Origin: Tubiluchus corallicola
Lineage: Eukaryota; Animalia; Priapulida
Length of the DNA stretch: 64,000 nt
Reading direction: 5' to 3'
NCBI GenBank assembly: GCA_030141605.1
Contig: JAQGDQ010000005.1
Span: forward strand, 372,001-436,000
The translations under genes were made by a program, and so were the position numbers. A model generated the notes under the pieces. That model had not been told where the DNA came from and did no database searches. It was given only the letters and a program-made list of their open reading frames with translations. Below, piece after piece: positions 26,701 to 39,000 of the stretch (within the stretch, counting starts at the first letter, position 1; every line of letters begins with the position of its first letter).

Positions 26701-29447
26701 CTCTGCGTCTCAACATGCTATAATACATAAACTTAAAATTAGGAGGAACAGTAAAATTAGTCTAGTAAAATGGCCATGTCACTATCTACAGGGGACATAT
26801 CCAATATCTGTAACACCAGTCAACAGCAGTTTGTAAACAAGTCGATTCTCTTCATTTACCTAAACATTAGTGATTAGAAAGGTCACACCCTAATTGTCAA
26901 AACTGTTTTATAGTTACTAATCTACAGTTTTGTCGAACTTAAATTTCATGCACAAACTAATTTTGATACATGAACTTAATTCTCTATACAAGTGTGTACC
27001 TAAAATTTCACGTATACTACACTGTATGTTGGACAAAAATGAGCATAAACAGCGAAGGCCATTTAACACAACAATAAAACCGACTCACAAAACAGCTGTT
27101 TCGAATTCAATCGCTGTAAAGAAATTTCCCGAACGTAAAACTTTTCTTAAAAAATATGCGTACATACCAAATTAGTATTCGTAATCTTTCTTCTGTAACC
27201 CAAACTGTCGGCCGACGGGGATAGCCACCCATTCCGTGCCATATTTACAGGATTACTTCTGTTTGGTACAGCCATTGTCGGCCATGATACATCACTACGA
27301 GTACAAAGTGTTTTCATTCATCCAGCAAGCGCCACCGATCGTTGCTCTGTGACACTACTAGTCGCATTAGTATACACAACCAGTGTCAGCCACACAGGGT
27401 TTGGTAGAGAGCTTGGACTGAACGCTTATTCTGTACGTCTGAACCGGTCTGACAAGGTGCAATGCTATCATTGCTTTCGTTAACCTTCTACCATACATAA
27501 TCAGTGAGTGTTACTCAAAAAAGACAGCTCCTGTTTCGGCCATTTACTCGCTTTCTCTCAAATCATATCTAAAACGGAGTGCAAAAGCAGGTTTTCAACC
27601 CACATACAACACCGAGTAGTCTACCTTTAGACATGTGATTAGCGTTACCAGACCGCAACCACCTCTAAATACAGACGAAATGGATTAATCCAAGCAGGTA
27701 TTTTAATGTGGACAATAACCCCTCTTCACTATTTTGTGATCGGCAGAAGATTGGACGACAATGATTATAATGGAGAAATCATAAAAGTTATTGATTGACC
27801 ACTTTGCGAAGTTCCATGCGTTAAATAACCATATGTAACCCGGTGCCAAAGTAACGCGATTGTAGTTTAGACTGTGATGAGCAGCGCTGCGGCTGCAAAT
27901 TTTTGAAATTTAATACCAACAATTTTAGTTTAAATTAAACAATAAGCGTGAAAAATAAAGCGCCATCCCAATAAAGGTGCAAAGGTATTCAAAAGGAAAC
28001 ATAGCCATGAAATCTAGAAAACAAATACGGGCTGCAGAGAGTACAGACTTACTAATCTACAAACGTATCAAAAAGTAGTTCAATCTAAAATTAGGAAGTA
28101 ACTGAGTTGACAGGATAAGTGTAGAACAGCTTACTTTCGTCCCTCAAAAACTGACGTTCATTTTATTATTCCATTTTACACTCTACAAAAATCTTGTAAT
28201 AAAACTTTAGATAATAACTAATATAAAGTATCTGTTGAAATTATAATACGTTTCGGGTTCCAACATTAGGCTTGCCATGCCGAAACGTTTCCCGACAGAT
28301 GGGGCTAAACTATCATCTAATTTTAGCAGAGCAAGAGTGCGTTACACAGTAGTTAGTTAACTTATTAAGGCCTTAGCAAGATACTCTTTGATCATTGCAC
28401 AGGATGATGCTTAAGGCATATAAAAGTTAAAAGACGTATTAAGTGAGTATAAAAAGTTACACGCTGATGTGCGCAATCTGAAAATTTGAAACATGAGTGT
28501 TTGGGCTTACAGATCTTTAAATCATCGGTGAAACTTGAAAGGTACGATAAACGAAAGAGCAAGATGTGAATTACATTTTTACGTACAACCGGTAAATTCT
28601 AGTTGCAAAAAATAACACAATACATAACAGCAAATAAGACTATTATGCCACAGCATAAAACAGCTTTATAGGTTTATCAGAAAATTTATACGCTTTCTGT
28701 GCATTTTGAACGAATTTAGATTTTACTGTAATTTCGTCTATACTAATCTTCCTGAGCTGCTGCTAGTCTGGCACGTTACCCAGCGAATGGATGAATTTAC
28801 AACAGCGGCATAATGGTTCATCAGTGACAGTATATGGATATTAATTTCCGTTGAGTTCACTGTATAAGTTATGTGACTACTGTATATGTGTATTACAGTA
28901 ATAAAACTTAGAACTTTATTGCTAAATGAGTAAGGCCTCTGGCCCTCCATTAGTATTATATTGGCATGGCAGATTATAATAAACATTATCACTGCTACTG
29001 CAAATTAATCAAAATAATTATATAGCAAATCTAATCACATTGAAACTGTGGAATAATTTGTTACTTACACTGCTACACTTTTACATGATTGACGTTCTCG
29101 TCTTTGCCAACATAAAGTTTCATTATAAAGCCAACTTTGCAACCCAGGATTTTACAGTTGCAGTCAGTGACGCCTACTACCAAATCACAATTATAGTCTT
29201 AGATTTATTTAGTTCTAATTTTCTAAAAAGTAAAAAATCATTAAATGAATTTCGCCTTAATAAACACACTGTTACACAGGGAAATGACAAGCCAGGCTCA
29301 AATTATCGAACTGAAAAATTATCCCAACATGCAAATGCCTAAACAACTAGCTTTAACCAATATTAATTTAGTTTGCACAATTTGTACCAAATATGGAGCA
29401 CTTTTAATTGCCCGGTTATACATAGGACGGTTTCCCGCTCGACTCAC

Positions 29448-29462
29448 GCAAAGGAAAATCAT
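29448..29462 (-). CDS. RBMS1/2/3: Candidate alternative first coding exon of RBMS gene (MIFLC)
   Basis: ATG ATT TTC CTT TGC|gtgagt, phase 0, compatible with exon 13675; lies downstream of a CCAAT-containing, relatively CpG-rich region and a CT-rich leader. Confidence 0.45.
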
Positions 29463-29899
29463 ACGGTTTTTCCACGCGGTTCGTCGTTCAAATATAAACC
29501 CGATTTTTACATAACTTTAACACACTTTCAGAAATGACGTCGTTCGTTGTGGATGAAATGTTCGCACTGTATTTAGATAAAATCGTTAGAAGACACAGAC
29601 ACAAGTGTGACAGAAAGAGGGAGAGAGAAAGAGGAAAGGCGAGAAAGAGTGAGAGTAAAGAGAGAGACGAACACACAAACAGAAGGAAGACAGACAAGAG
29701 TCCCACCACAGATAAACAAAGAAATGCCTTGTAAAAGTTGTTTCTTGTACTATATTTGTACTCAGTTAGGCTTTTATCATACATATATAATATTGGATTC
29801 TCTGTCACTTCGAATATTATTGTTTCGGTGTTATCAGCAAATGCGCAATGTACACTTCATCAACATGTATAGATTTCTTTGTTTTTGCTAAAGCAGCAC

Positions 29900-30000
29900 C
29901 TTTGCTAATCACGTACTAACAAAGCCCACTTCTGATTGGTTGCTTGCAAGAAAACCGCGCGGTTTTTGTAAAAAATCGCTCGGCGCTTAATAAACAACAC
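29900..30000 (-). promoter_or_regulatory. Candidate internal promoter for the MIFLC first exon
   Basis: gattgg (CCAAT on the minus strand) near 29934 and locally clustered CpGs (aaccgcgcggtt, tcgctcggcgc) upstream of the pyrimidine-rich tract 29600-29700. Confidence 0.3.
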
Positions 30001-30319
30001 AATGCAGCAGCAACACAGGTTCAAAAATCTGCAATGTTTAACAAGCGAATTCCTGTATAGATACTTTTAATTTTGACTCGCCGACAAAGATTGTGTGATA
30101 TTCCTGCAGTGCATTCCTTCGATGGGTGATTATTTATAAATCTGCTCTTCGCTTCTTTATTTATTTTTCTCTAATAGTCAGGCAACGCAGGAATCGTGGT
30201 AACGGATGCTTCTAGCTGGAAAGCTAGCAAATTGTGGTCACTGAAGTTGTAGCCACACTGGCAATACATTAGGATATTGCCAATAGGTATAGTCGCGGTA
30301 TAGTCTTCAATCTTTTGAA

Positions 30320-30403
30320 ATACGTCTGTTTTACGTCTAGAAGGTTGTGGATCCAATTTCCAGGCCGGTCATATCAAAGATTTTAAAACTGGTACTTGCC
30401 AGC
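30320..30403 (+). mobile_element. Second truncated SINE-like copy
   Basis: cgtctagaaggt...CCGGTCATATCAAAGATTTTAAAACTGGTAC matches the 16770-16880 element. Confidence 0.5.
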
Positions 30404-30454
30404 AGTACAAGTGTTACAGAAAATTTTCACAGTACACAGTAACTTCTGTACTTC

Positions 30455-31620
30455 CTATCTGCCTGCCTGCGTACCTATCTACCTACCTAACCACCCACCA
30501 ATCTGCCTACCTGCTTGGCTTCCTATTTGCTTATCTACCTTCTTTTCTAGCTATCACCTACCTTGCTAGCTAGCTCACTGTGTGACTGACTGCCTGGCTA
30601 TTTAACTAACAAACATATTAGTTGCGGGTAATTAATTAATACATTTAACTGTATATTTATTGTATAAGTGCATAATTGTATACCTACCTTAATATTGCAA
30701 TTTTTCACTCTATAATTCATAGATTTCAGTATAATAAAATGTATCAATGTAACGTAAAGTAACATTACGTCAAAATTTAATGAAATGGAAGGTAGTTTCT
30801 CTTTAGACGTAAGAATATGTAGCTAAATACCATAAACAGAAATGCACACTGTGAAAAACTTTTAAAAAAGACCAAACTTTGCAAACACATAAGTAAACAT
30901 TTTTGGAAAAATTGGATTGCAAGTTTAATGTTTTATAAATCTTTGGGATCCTTCAGCTCGGAAATTTTGTTGAATAGAAATTATTGCATGATAAGATAGT
31001 TACAATTACCTGAAAATGAAAGACTGTGTGACACTTTTAATTGTTGTCATTACACATTGTTCAATGAGTTGAAGGAAAATTAAAAATTAGTTGGTAGACA
31101 ATCTTCAGGTAATAGTAATTAAAGTTTACAGCTAACGAAAGTCTACTGATGGGAGTAAATGCCAGGGTGAAAACTGAAATTATGCTGCCTTTGTCACGTA
31201 AGTCAGTAAAATGAATCGTCAATTAGGTATTACAAAGGAATAACTCTGCGAGAATGTGAAGAATACAATAAACCTTGGTCAGAGGCACCCTAGATCTTGA
31301 AGCCCTAAGTTTCAGCCTGTCGAGCATGTAAATACGGCGTTCGTAGGTAGGTAAGTAGGCAGATAAAAGTAAGTAAGTATAGGTAGGTACGTAAATAGGA
31401 AGGCAGATTGGTAGGTAGAAGGCTAGGTAAGTAGGCAGTTAGATAAGCAGGATAATTGGTTAAGTGAATAGGAAGGCAAGTAGGTTGGAGCGTAGGTGAA
31501 TCATGGATAACTTACTAGGTAGACAGACAAAAAATAGCTAGGTAGGTAAGAAGACAGGACGGGCAGGCAGGCAGGTAGATGTAGGTAAGTAGGACGATAA
31601 ATATATAGCAGACAAGCAGG
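30455..31620. repeat. Inverted pair of degenerate tetranucleotide tracts, (CTAC/CTGC)n at 30455-30600 and (GTAG/GCAG)n at 31342-31620
   Basis: Complementary low-complexity arms read directly from the sequence. Confidence 0.65.
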
Positions 31621-32732
31621 TGGAACTAATAGTGTCTCCTGCAAAAATAATTTGGCACTTGTGCAGTCGTTCTGCTTAGTGTCCGTAGTCCAGAAATTAT
31701 GGCTCAAGTTGTACACTGCCCAAGTACTACTTCCCAAGTGTCCGTTTCCCAACCGTCCGCTGCCAGAGTGATTGATAAGGGTTGACTTAGGTTAATGATG
31801 ATCTGTGGTACGTAGAATGGTAATTATAGCTGTAGCTAGTTGTAGCTTTCTTATACATTTACAATAGGCAATAGAACCTCATAACAGGCTTGTCTTACAG
31901 CTAACGATAATTTACTTTTCTACTTACAGGGTACGCTATTTAGCAACGTACATAAATAGAACCGGCCCAACTAATGATGTGAACTCAAGCGATTAGTCCA
32001 ATAAACACAAAAACCCAGTAAGCAGAAGCCATACCCACAATCTAAAGCTACGTGGGCGCGCAATTCTTAAAGGTTATTTCTACATTAAAGGAATGATGAA
32101 CTAATCACATCTCGAGTCTGGATCATGTTTCTGCTCAATTTAAGCTTGGATTTACTTGAGAGATAAATTTGGACGCATGTAGCTCAACTTCGGCATTTTC
32201 TGATAGTCTTTACGTGCAGTGAGTGGATCAATAGCAGCCTACGTAAATGCTTGTGTTACGACGATATTTTGCCTTTTCAGTGTTAAAAACTCTGAACAGT
32301 TGCCCAGAAAATGTATCAATAAATATATAAAAAATGCATCCGAAGAACTAATATACAAATGACAAAATGCTCATTCTTCTATAAAATTAATAAATTATGA
32401 CGAAGCAAGTCGTCATAAATGAACACACAACTTTCATGACATGGGGTTTTATTACCAAAATGTTCGACCAGAAAGGGTCGACCTCTGCTTCATTTGTTTT
32501 AATGCTGTACTAAGCGAAACTACGATGAGTAGCACCCTACCCCCAACTGCTATATGTAGCATTATAGCTACAGTATATCAGATTTTGACAAATAAACTAC
32601 AGCAATTTAAAGGGTTTGTTTAAAATAATAAGGAACATACTTTCTGCCAAATTACTCCTAGATGTCGCGACAATATTATGAATCGTAAAGCGTGTATATA
32701 TTTACGCGTAAAAATATAATGGTGCTCTAATC

Positions 32733-32773
32733 CAGATCCATGTTGACTAATCCATGTTGACAGATCCATGTTG
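32733..32773. repeat. Three copies of a 14-bp unit (ATCCATGTTGA core)
   Basis: cagatccatgttga ctaatccatgttga cagatccatgttga. Confidence 0.85.
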
Positions 32774-33928
32774 AATAATTAATTAATTATTAATACTTAA
32801 TAAAATATTAAACTGTTGATAAATGAACTTGTATAGTATTCATCACTTGGTGTTGAGAGGAAATTTAATTGTGGAATTGCCATGAAAGTGGCACTGGCGC
32901 CTTAAAACATAAAAAGGCAAATTTATGCTGGCATGTGAGCATCAATTTGATCCATGATTAATTATCAATTATCAATAAAAACTACTAGAATTGTAAAATT
33001 TTACAGACGTCAGATTTTGGTATCCAGCAATTTTCAAATTGCTCTCGCCATGCTCAGGAGGAACATACTGTTTTCTGAAAGGTCAATCAACAATTAATAA
33101 TCGATCAACTGCAATCATCAACCAGTAACAATATATTGCAAACGAAAACCATCTTACACAGATAACAACTATTCAATGGAAAAAGCTGAGTTGATCAATG
33201 ACAAAAAATACAATCGATCCATCCACATCTAGTAACCAATCATCAACAAAAAAACTAAAGTGCCTTGAAATTCATGAAACAATGCCACAAAATTCCACAA
33301 AATGTCACAAAATTCCCCAAAGATTGGTGTTCTCTAAAATAGGTAATCCCAAAGGCCTGCTTATAAATTATGAAAAATTTTGAACAACTTTAATGAATCT
33401 AACGTTATTCTAAGAGCTTTCGACAAAGGATGATCATAAATCATTGTACATTGATTTGTATTAATGTTTGCCTAAAACTTTTTATTATGGTTAATTTTAA
33501 TCTTAGTAACATGTCACTAACAAACTGCTTCTCACTGCTGCTTGAGTACCATTAAACACACTAGCTGCTCCACCATAACTAGCTTGAATAAAGCAAATAG
33601 TATAAGAATTAACTTAGAATTTTCATGAATCGGCATTCTCTTACTTGGAAACGCACCTCACTTGCCAGAGACGAGCTACTACAATTTGATTTCAAATCAA
33701 GGATTGTCCATACTACTGTTAAGAACAGCCCACAGCCCTTGCAAAGTCAAGAAAGTGCCACTGAGAAATTTGTCATTGACTTTCTGGAGGTAATATAATC
33801 TGTCCACCTAAGGACAGTCATTGTACACCTGCATAAGGATGTGAAATTTGGATCAGTGAGTCAGACAGAAATTAGAATTAAAGATATAATTTAGCACAGA
33901 AAACTTGTTTCACTGGAAAATTTCTTAC

Positions 33929-34111
33929 TGGTGACGTATAACCTCCAAAGACTGCAGTGCCGGGATTGGGCTGTGCCACTGGAAACTGTGCTTTCACGTA
34001 GGGCCACTGCTGCTGTTGAAAGGGTGTGGCAGCGGGTGAGGTTGGTGATATCGTGTTCCTTTTCACTGCTGCATTTCCTGAGTTAGTGCCATAAGCTGGA
34101 CGATTCTGTTG
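33929..34111 (-). CDS. RBMS1/2/3: RBMS-family gene, N-terminal low-complexity Q/P-rich exon (QQNRPAYGTNSG...VFGGYTSP)
   Basis: ttttcag acceptor and CCA|gtaaga donor; 183 nt open, phase 0/0; coding-like composition in an AT-rich intron; joins in frame to the exon at 13675. Confidence 0.7.
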
Positions 34112-35329
34112 CTGAAAATAAAAAACGAATGCTTTTTACATACCAGCAACGATTTATTACAAAATACGAACTATAAGTCACTAAAGACGCTCAGCATAAT
34201 TTCCATTATTTAAGAGCCAAAATCTTTTATCCAGTTATGTGGAGGATGTGCAAGAAACTCTAGATTTTCAACAAAATAAAAAATAATTATATATTGATTT
34301 TATATTGTCAAAACTTGCAGTTTGCGGTTGCAAGAATCGTTAAGAAAAGGGTGTGGACAAGGTTCAACAAATTCTATATATGTACTTGTCATTAGACTGA
34401 TTGGCTACGTGAGTTGAAAAAATAAAAAAAATTAAACACTTAAGTAATTGCAACAAGTGTTTTTTAACCAATTCCATTATTCGTGCAAAAATGTTCAACT
34501 ATTACTTTTTAATAATTCAAAGTAAAATAGTTTTCCTTGGAAACATTGAGCAGCGACTGTACATTCATTAAAATAACATTTTAACGATTCTATCGTTCAG
34601 TTTCAAAATGCTGGAAAGGCTTAATCTGATTCAAATAAAATCGGTCATATGCAGAAGTTTTATAGAAAATGTAAACCTTTCTGAAGCGTCAAGTTTTAGG
34701 AAATCCTATCAAGTGTCTATTTGTTCAACAGCTTAGTGGTTATTCATCCTTGTATGCATGCAATTTGTTCCCGAACGAATTATGAATGTGAACAAACAAA
34801 AATGTCTCCACAGCAATTGAATTTTTATTTTGCGAATCAATTATGTTGTTCAAAAAATATAGAGTGGTCAATCACAGCAATCCGTTACTCAAATCTAGTA
34901 ATAAAACTTTCTCGACACCACATTAGCGCAGGCAATTTCCTGGAGGGAAAGGCACAGCTAGGTCTATTAATGAGATGAGGCAAATTTAAAGATTCATTTT
35001 AAACATTACAAAATACTTTTTAGTTGCTGAATAGCTTAAAACAACACCAAGTTGACTTCTAAGTCATAAATCCCAACAGTTTGGTATACAAGGAGTCCAA
35101 TTTGTTTTTTTTTCTTTGCTCACTGCACTATTAGATGAAGAGCACCCAAACTAGCAAAGAGAACCTAGGTTGCTAACTTCTTTTTGTGGCCCAAGAACAT
35201 TTTCAAATGTGTCTGTAGTCCAGTTTCTAAATGATTTCATTATATTCAATAACCTTCACGTAACGTTTGACCAATCACTCCACGTACAGAAGACCTCAAT
35301 GTAACTTCTGGAGCTCAAGTGTATGTTCA

Positions 35330-36030
35330 GAAAAATTTTCGCTGTAAGAATGAATGTTCCATGTAAGAATGGATGAAATGTTGGAAAGCCTATAATGGAG
35401 TTGCCTGCCACTTGGAGCTTCCCTATGAATACCTTCTTATGAAGAAATATGAGACTACCGGGGATGCTGTGTTATGTGGAGAGGCCAAGGACCTGACTGA
35501 ACATCTTGCAAGCAGTCCAAGTAGAGCTATGGTAAACTGATTTCACACTATAATACATATAAAGCTCATCATCTGGGGGACAATACGGAAAAGCTCCATA
35601 ATTTTCTTTCAATTACGGGTATAAAAGTCCTCCTAGTTATGTATTTTCACTGGGATTCATACTCTACATTTAGAGCAGCCATATACTTACTTTTTAATAT
35701 ACCACAAAATGTGTCATCAAAACTCACCCAGAACCAGTCTTACCCAGGAGCAGATGAACTATTGCACCATGAACTCATTACATCACAGGTTAGCTCAACC
35801 AGAAATGCAGTAGACATTACAAGTGAACAAACCATAAATTGCAATGCCAAATTCCTTGGTGGTATCATTGGATTCAGCAGCAGCAATACTGCTTACAGGA
35901 CATCGTACAGGAGACACATCACACAAAAGCTGGGTATGTGTCACATGTGTGAGCAGTGAAATGCATGGTTTAATAGTCCACAGTGAGCAAGATGTACTAA
36001 AGGCAAATAATGTGAATTGATGATACAAAA
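35330..36030 (+). mobile_element. Possible decayed DNA-transposase fragment, family uncertain
   Basis: Coding-like, frameshifted segment including DITSEQTINCNAKFLGGIIGFS, reminiscent of EQTIN..AK..GGI.GFS motifs in invertebrate transposon-derived ORFs. Confidence 0.3.
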
Positions 36031-39000
36031 GATTAAACTAAAGAAAAAGTGTGTGATCTACAATTTTCCCTAGTGGAAGTAGACAACACAATAATATTAG
36101 ATGTCTTACACATAGCATATCCATACAGCGGACAACCATACAGCAGATAATGTTGTCAGATTACCAGACAGGGATTTATCTTGCTCAACAAAATTGTACA
36201 TTGTGTAACTTGAGCTGTATTTTTCAATTCCGTGGTAGATGACAAGGCACCTCGTGGACATAAAAAATGTCAACCAAAAAACCAGGGTATAATTGCATGC
36301 ATGCATATTCTTGTATGCTTTTGTGCGGAAAAGAAATCTTGGCCTTTCAACTGCTTTAGCAAAATCTTGAATTTACAGCCACTTTTCAAGCTGAGTCATC
36401 TATGGATGCAAACAACGTCTGAAGCACTTCACCTGTTTGCTTTAAAACTTCTCTCTATCAAAAACATTGTATCTTCATGCAGAAATTCAGTCCCAAAACA
36501 GGAAACCTTTCAGATTTTGATTGTGTAGACTTCGGCCTCTTGCCATTAAATGAATTTAGTTAATTAGCTAACTAAGCTGGTCAGCTAGTTAACTTTTTGT
36601 TTATCTAATTGGTAGATTGGTTGAATGACTGGCCAGCTAATTAATTAGGCTTTTTTTTCTAGCTAAGTAGTCAGCATGATGGGCTGTCCGGTTGGTTAGC
36701 CAGTCAGTTAATTAGCTGATTGGTTGGTTGTTCGTTCTCTTCTTTGTTTATTCTTTTGTTTTATAATGTAAATACTCTTTCCAGTCCCAACAAGAGGGTG
36801 ACATGCTTATACAATTCTAAATCAGATCCAATTTTAAATAATGGTTAAAATGATCTAAGATATAAAATATAAGATATAAGATATAAAACTTAAAAAGGGA
36901 AAATACTGTTTTTTCAAGAATGGCTTGTGCAAAAGCAGAAGTTTAATTTTGTGTCCTACTAAAAAATTCAGTGTGTTCGGTGTGATGTCATCATTAGCTG
37001 TACTCACCGGGCAAACACTTAGTCGTTATTATAGACGATACGATGTATATTTGTACCACTTTTCAAAATGGGACGAGACCTGAAAAATCGTCCTGTTATC
37101 CTTTAAAATAAGGTTCAGGTCAATGTCCTTTATGTTCATAATTTCTAGGACTGCTTGCAGGACCTATCATACAACATGTTTTTTGGTAAAACCTTCTAAT
37201 AAGGAACCATACTTAATTACTATTAAATTGTGCAGTAATGCATACATTAAAGTCATGGAACTATAAACTTGTATAATTGGGCATACATGATGGTCAAAGT
37301 CACAGTATACCTATTCTGTGCGATTAGGTAACAGGCTTAGAGATGCATATATCATGGTTTTTAAAGGTTTCAAGCGATGGAGAAACTGCAATGACAGAAT
37401 GGAATTCTGGGCAGCTTGGTGGACTTCGCACTCTAGGTGCTCTTGGCATCTTTGCCATTAGCGGCTAGGCATTCTTGGCACTCTTGGCAGCTTTGCATCC
37501 TAGACAGCTCGGCAGGTTAGGCAACTGGTTTAAATGGCAGAACAGGTTGAAGGAGGGAATAACTATAGATAGTGTTAGGCCATCAGTTAGCCGGGTACGG
37601 GGGGGGGGGGGCGGAGTCATTTAGGGGATATGATGATCACAGAGTTGCGCAGGATAATGCTATTAAGGTGCTTCAACATTTCGGGTGCTCTTACATGAAA
37701 CATCTTATGAATTTTGAATTGTGGATGTGCAACGGGGAACACAAGATGAGCAACTTATTATGTAGATGTGCTATTATTGGAATAAGCAGTTTTCTTGATA
37801 CTAACGTGAAGCCAATAAAAACATTATTTTTGCCAATTTTTTATCAGTGGCAACAAATAATTCATAATTTTGTTGAGACAATGATGTCTAAAAGGATTGG
37901 GGCCACTATCCAAGGGTATAAGTAGTAGAAACATAGGTGACACTGGCAAAAAAGTAAAATTTCTCACGGAAGGCGATCTTGTAAAAATGAGAGAGTGTGC
38001 CAAAGCTAAGAATTTTGAAAGATATGCACGAAAGAAAGCCGATAGAAAGTACAAACGTGTAAGTTCAAAGCAAATTTAAGAAAGAAACTGGATGTACCTT
38101 TCCTAAAATAAGTTCAACATTGCTATTGAACTTTGCAAACTAGCAACATGCAAAGTTCATATAACATTCCTGACATGATCATCGTGCCCATCCTCAAGCT
38201 ACTCGTTTTGCGTCAAACAATGTCAGATATTAAGAAAAGTTTAGCAGCTTCGCCTTGAAGTAAATCATATGGTATAATGGCAAGTATAGTATCAAGTGCA
38301 AGTTTAAGCCACAATGACTAAGGCTTGACTTTACTAGTAAAACTAGAACATTGTGTACGAAGTGTGTAACCCGCTCAAAACCAAATAAAAACAGAGTCAA
38401 TGTTCTTAATTTGAACGATGCAGACTTTGCTGCATGCCATACATGTAAGTATATACAAATCAGAGTATAAACACCAAGCTTGCAATTTTTGTGCTATTCA
38501 TAAACTTTCCGAAACACAAATCTTTCTTTACAACAGTTTCATCTAACTGGAGTAACCGAGAGGGAACATCTCCCCTAAAAACGATTAGTATCAATGATTG
38601 CATCGAGACACCTGTTACGAAATGATCACGAGCTGAGAGCTGGCACGTTTGTTTACATACCGCCGTTTGCATAGTAAACAAGCGGGGCAATAACAGAACA
38701 GGCAGCTAATATATGAAATTACTCTATCGCAAATTTACAAACCTGCAAAATCGGAGACTGAGCAAACTCGACATTTCAGCTCTGCAAAAGACTTGGCATA
38801 CAGCACGTGTAATGTATGTGACGCTAAAGTATCGGTACTTGTGTGATCAATACAAGAGAACAAGCATGGTAGTAGGGTAACACATGCAACTTGTTCTGCA
38901 TCAAAGCATGAATGGTATAAAGATATGATGTGCAATCAATAAATAATTTAGAAAGCATGCAGAGACATGGGTACCCTTTGCCATTCAGCGAAATATCGCA

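Noticed and set aside
29488-29891. R/E/K-rich and L/S/F-rich ORFs
   Set aside because: Translations of a GA/CT simple-sequence tract.
32733-32773. CRISPR-like interpretation of the short direct repeats
   Set aside because: Eukaryotic DNA, no unique spacers and no cas genes.
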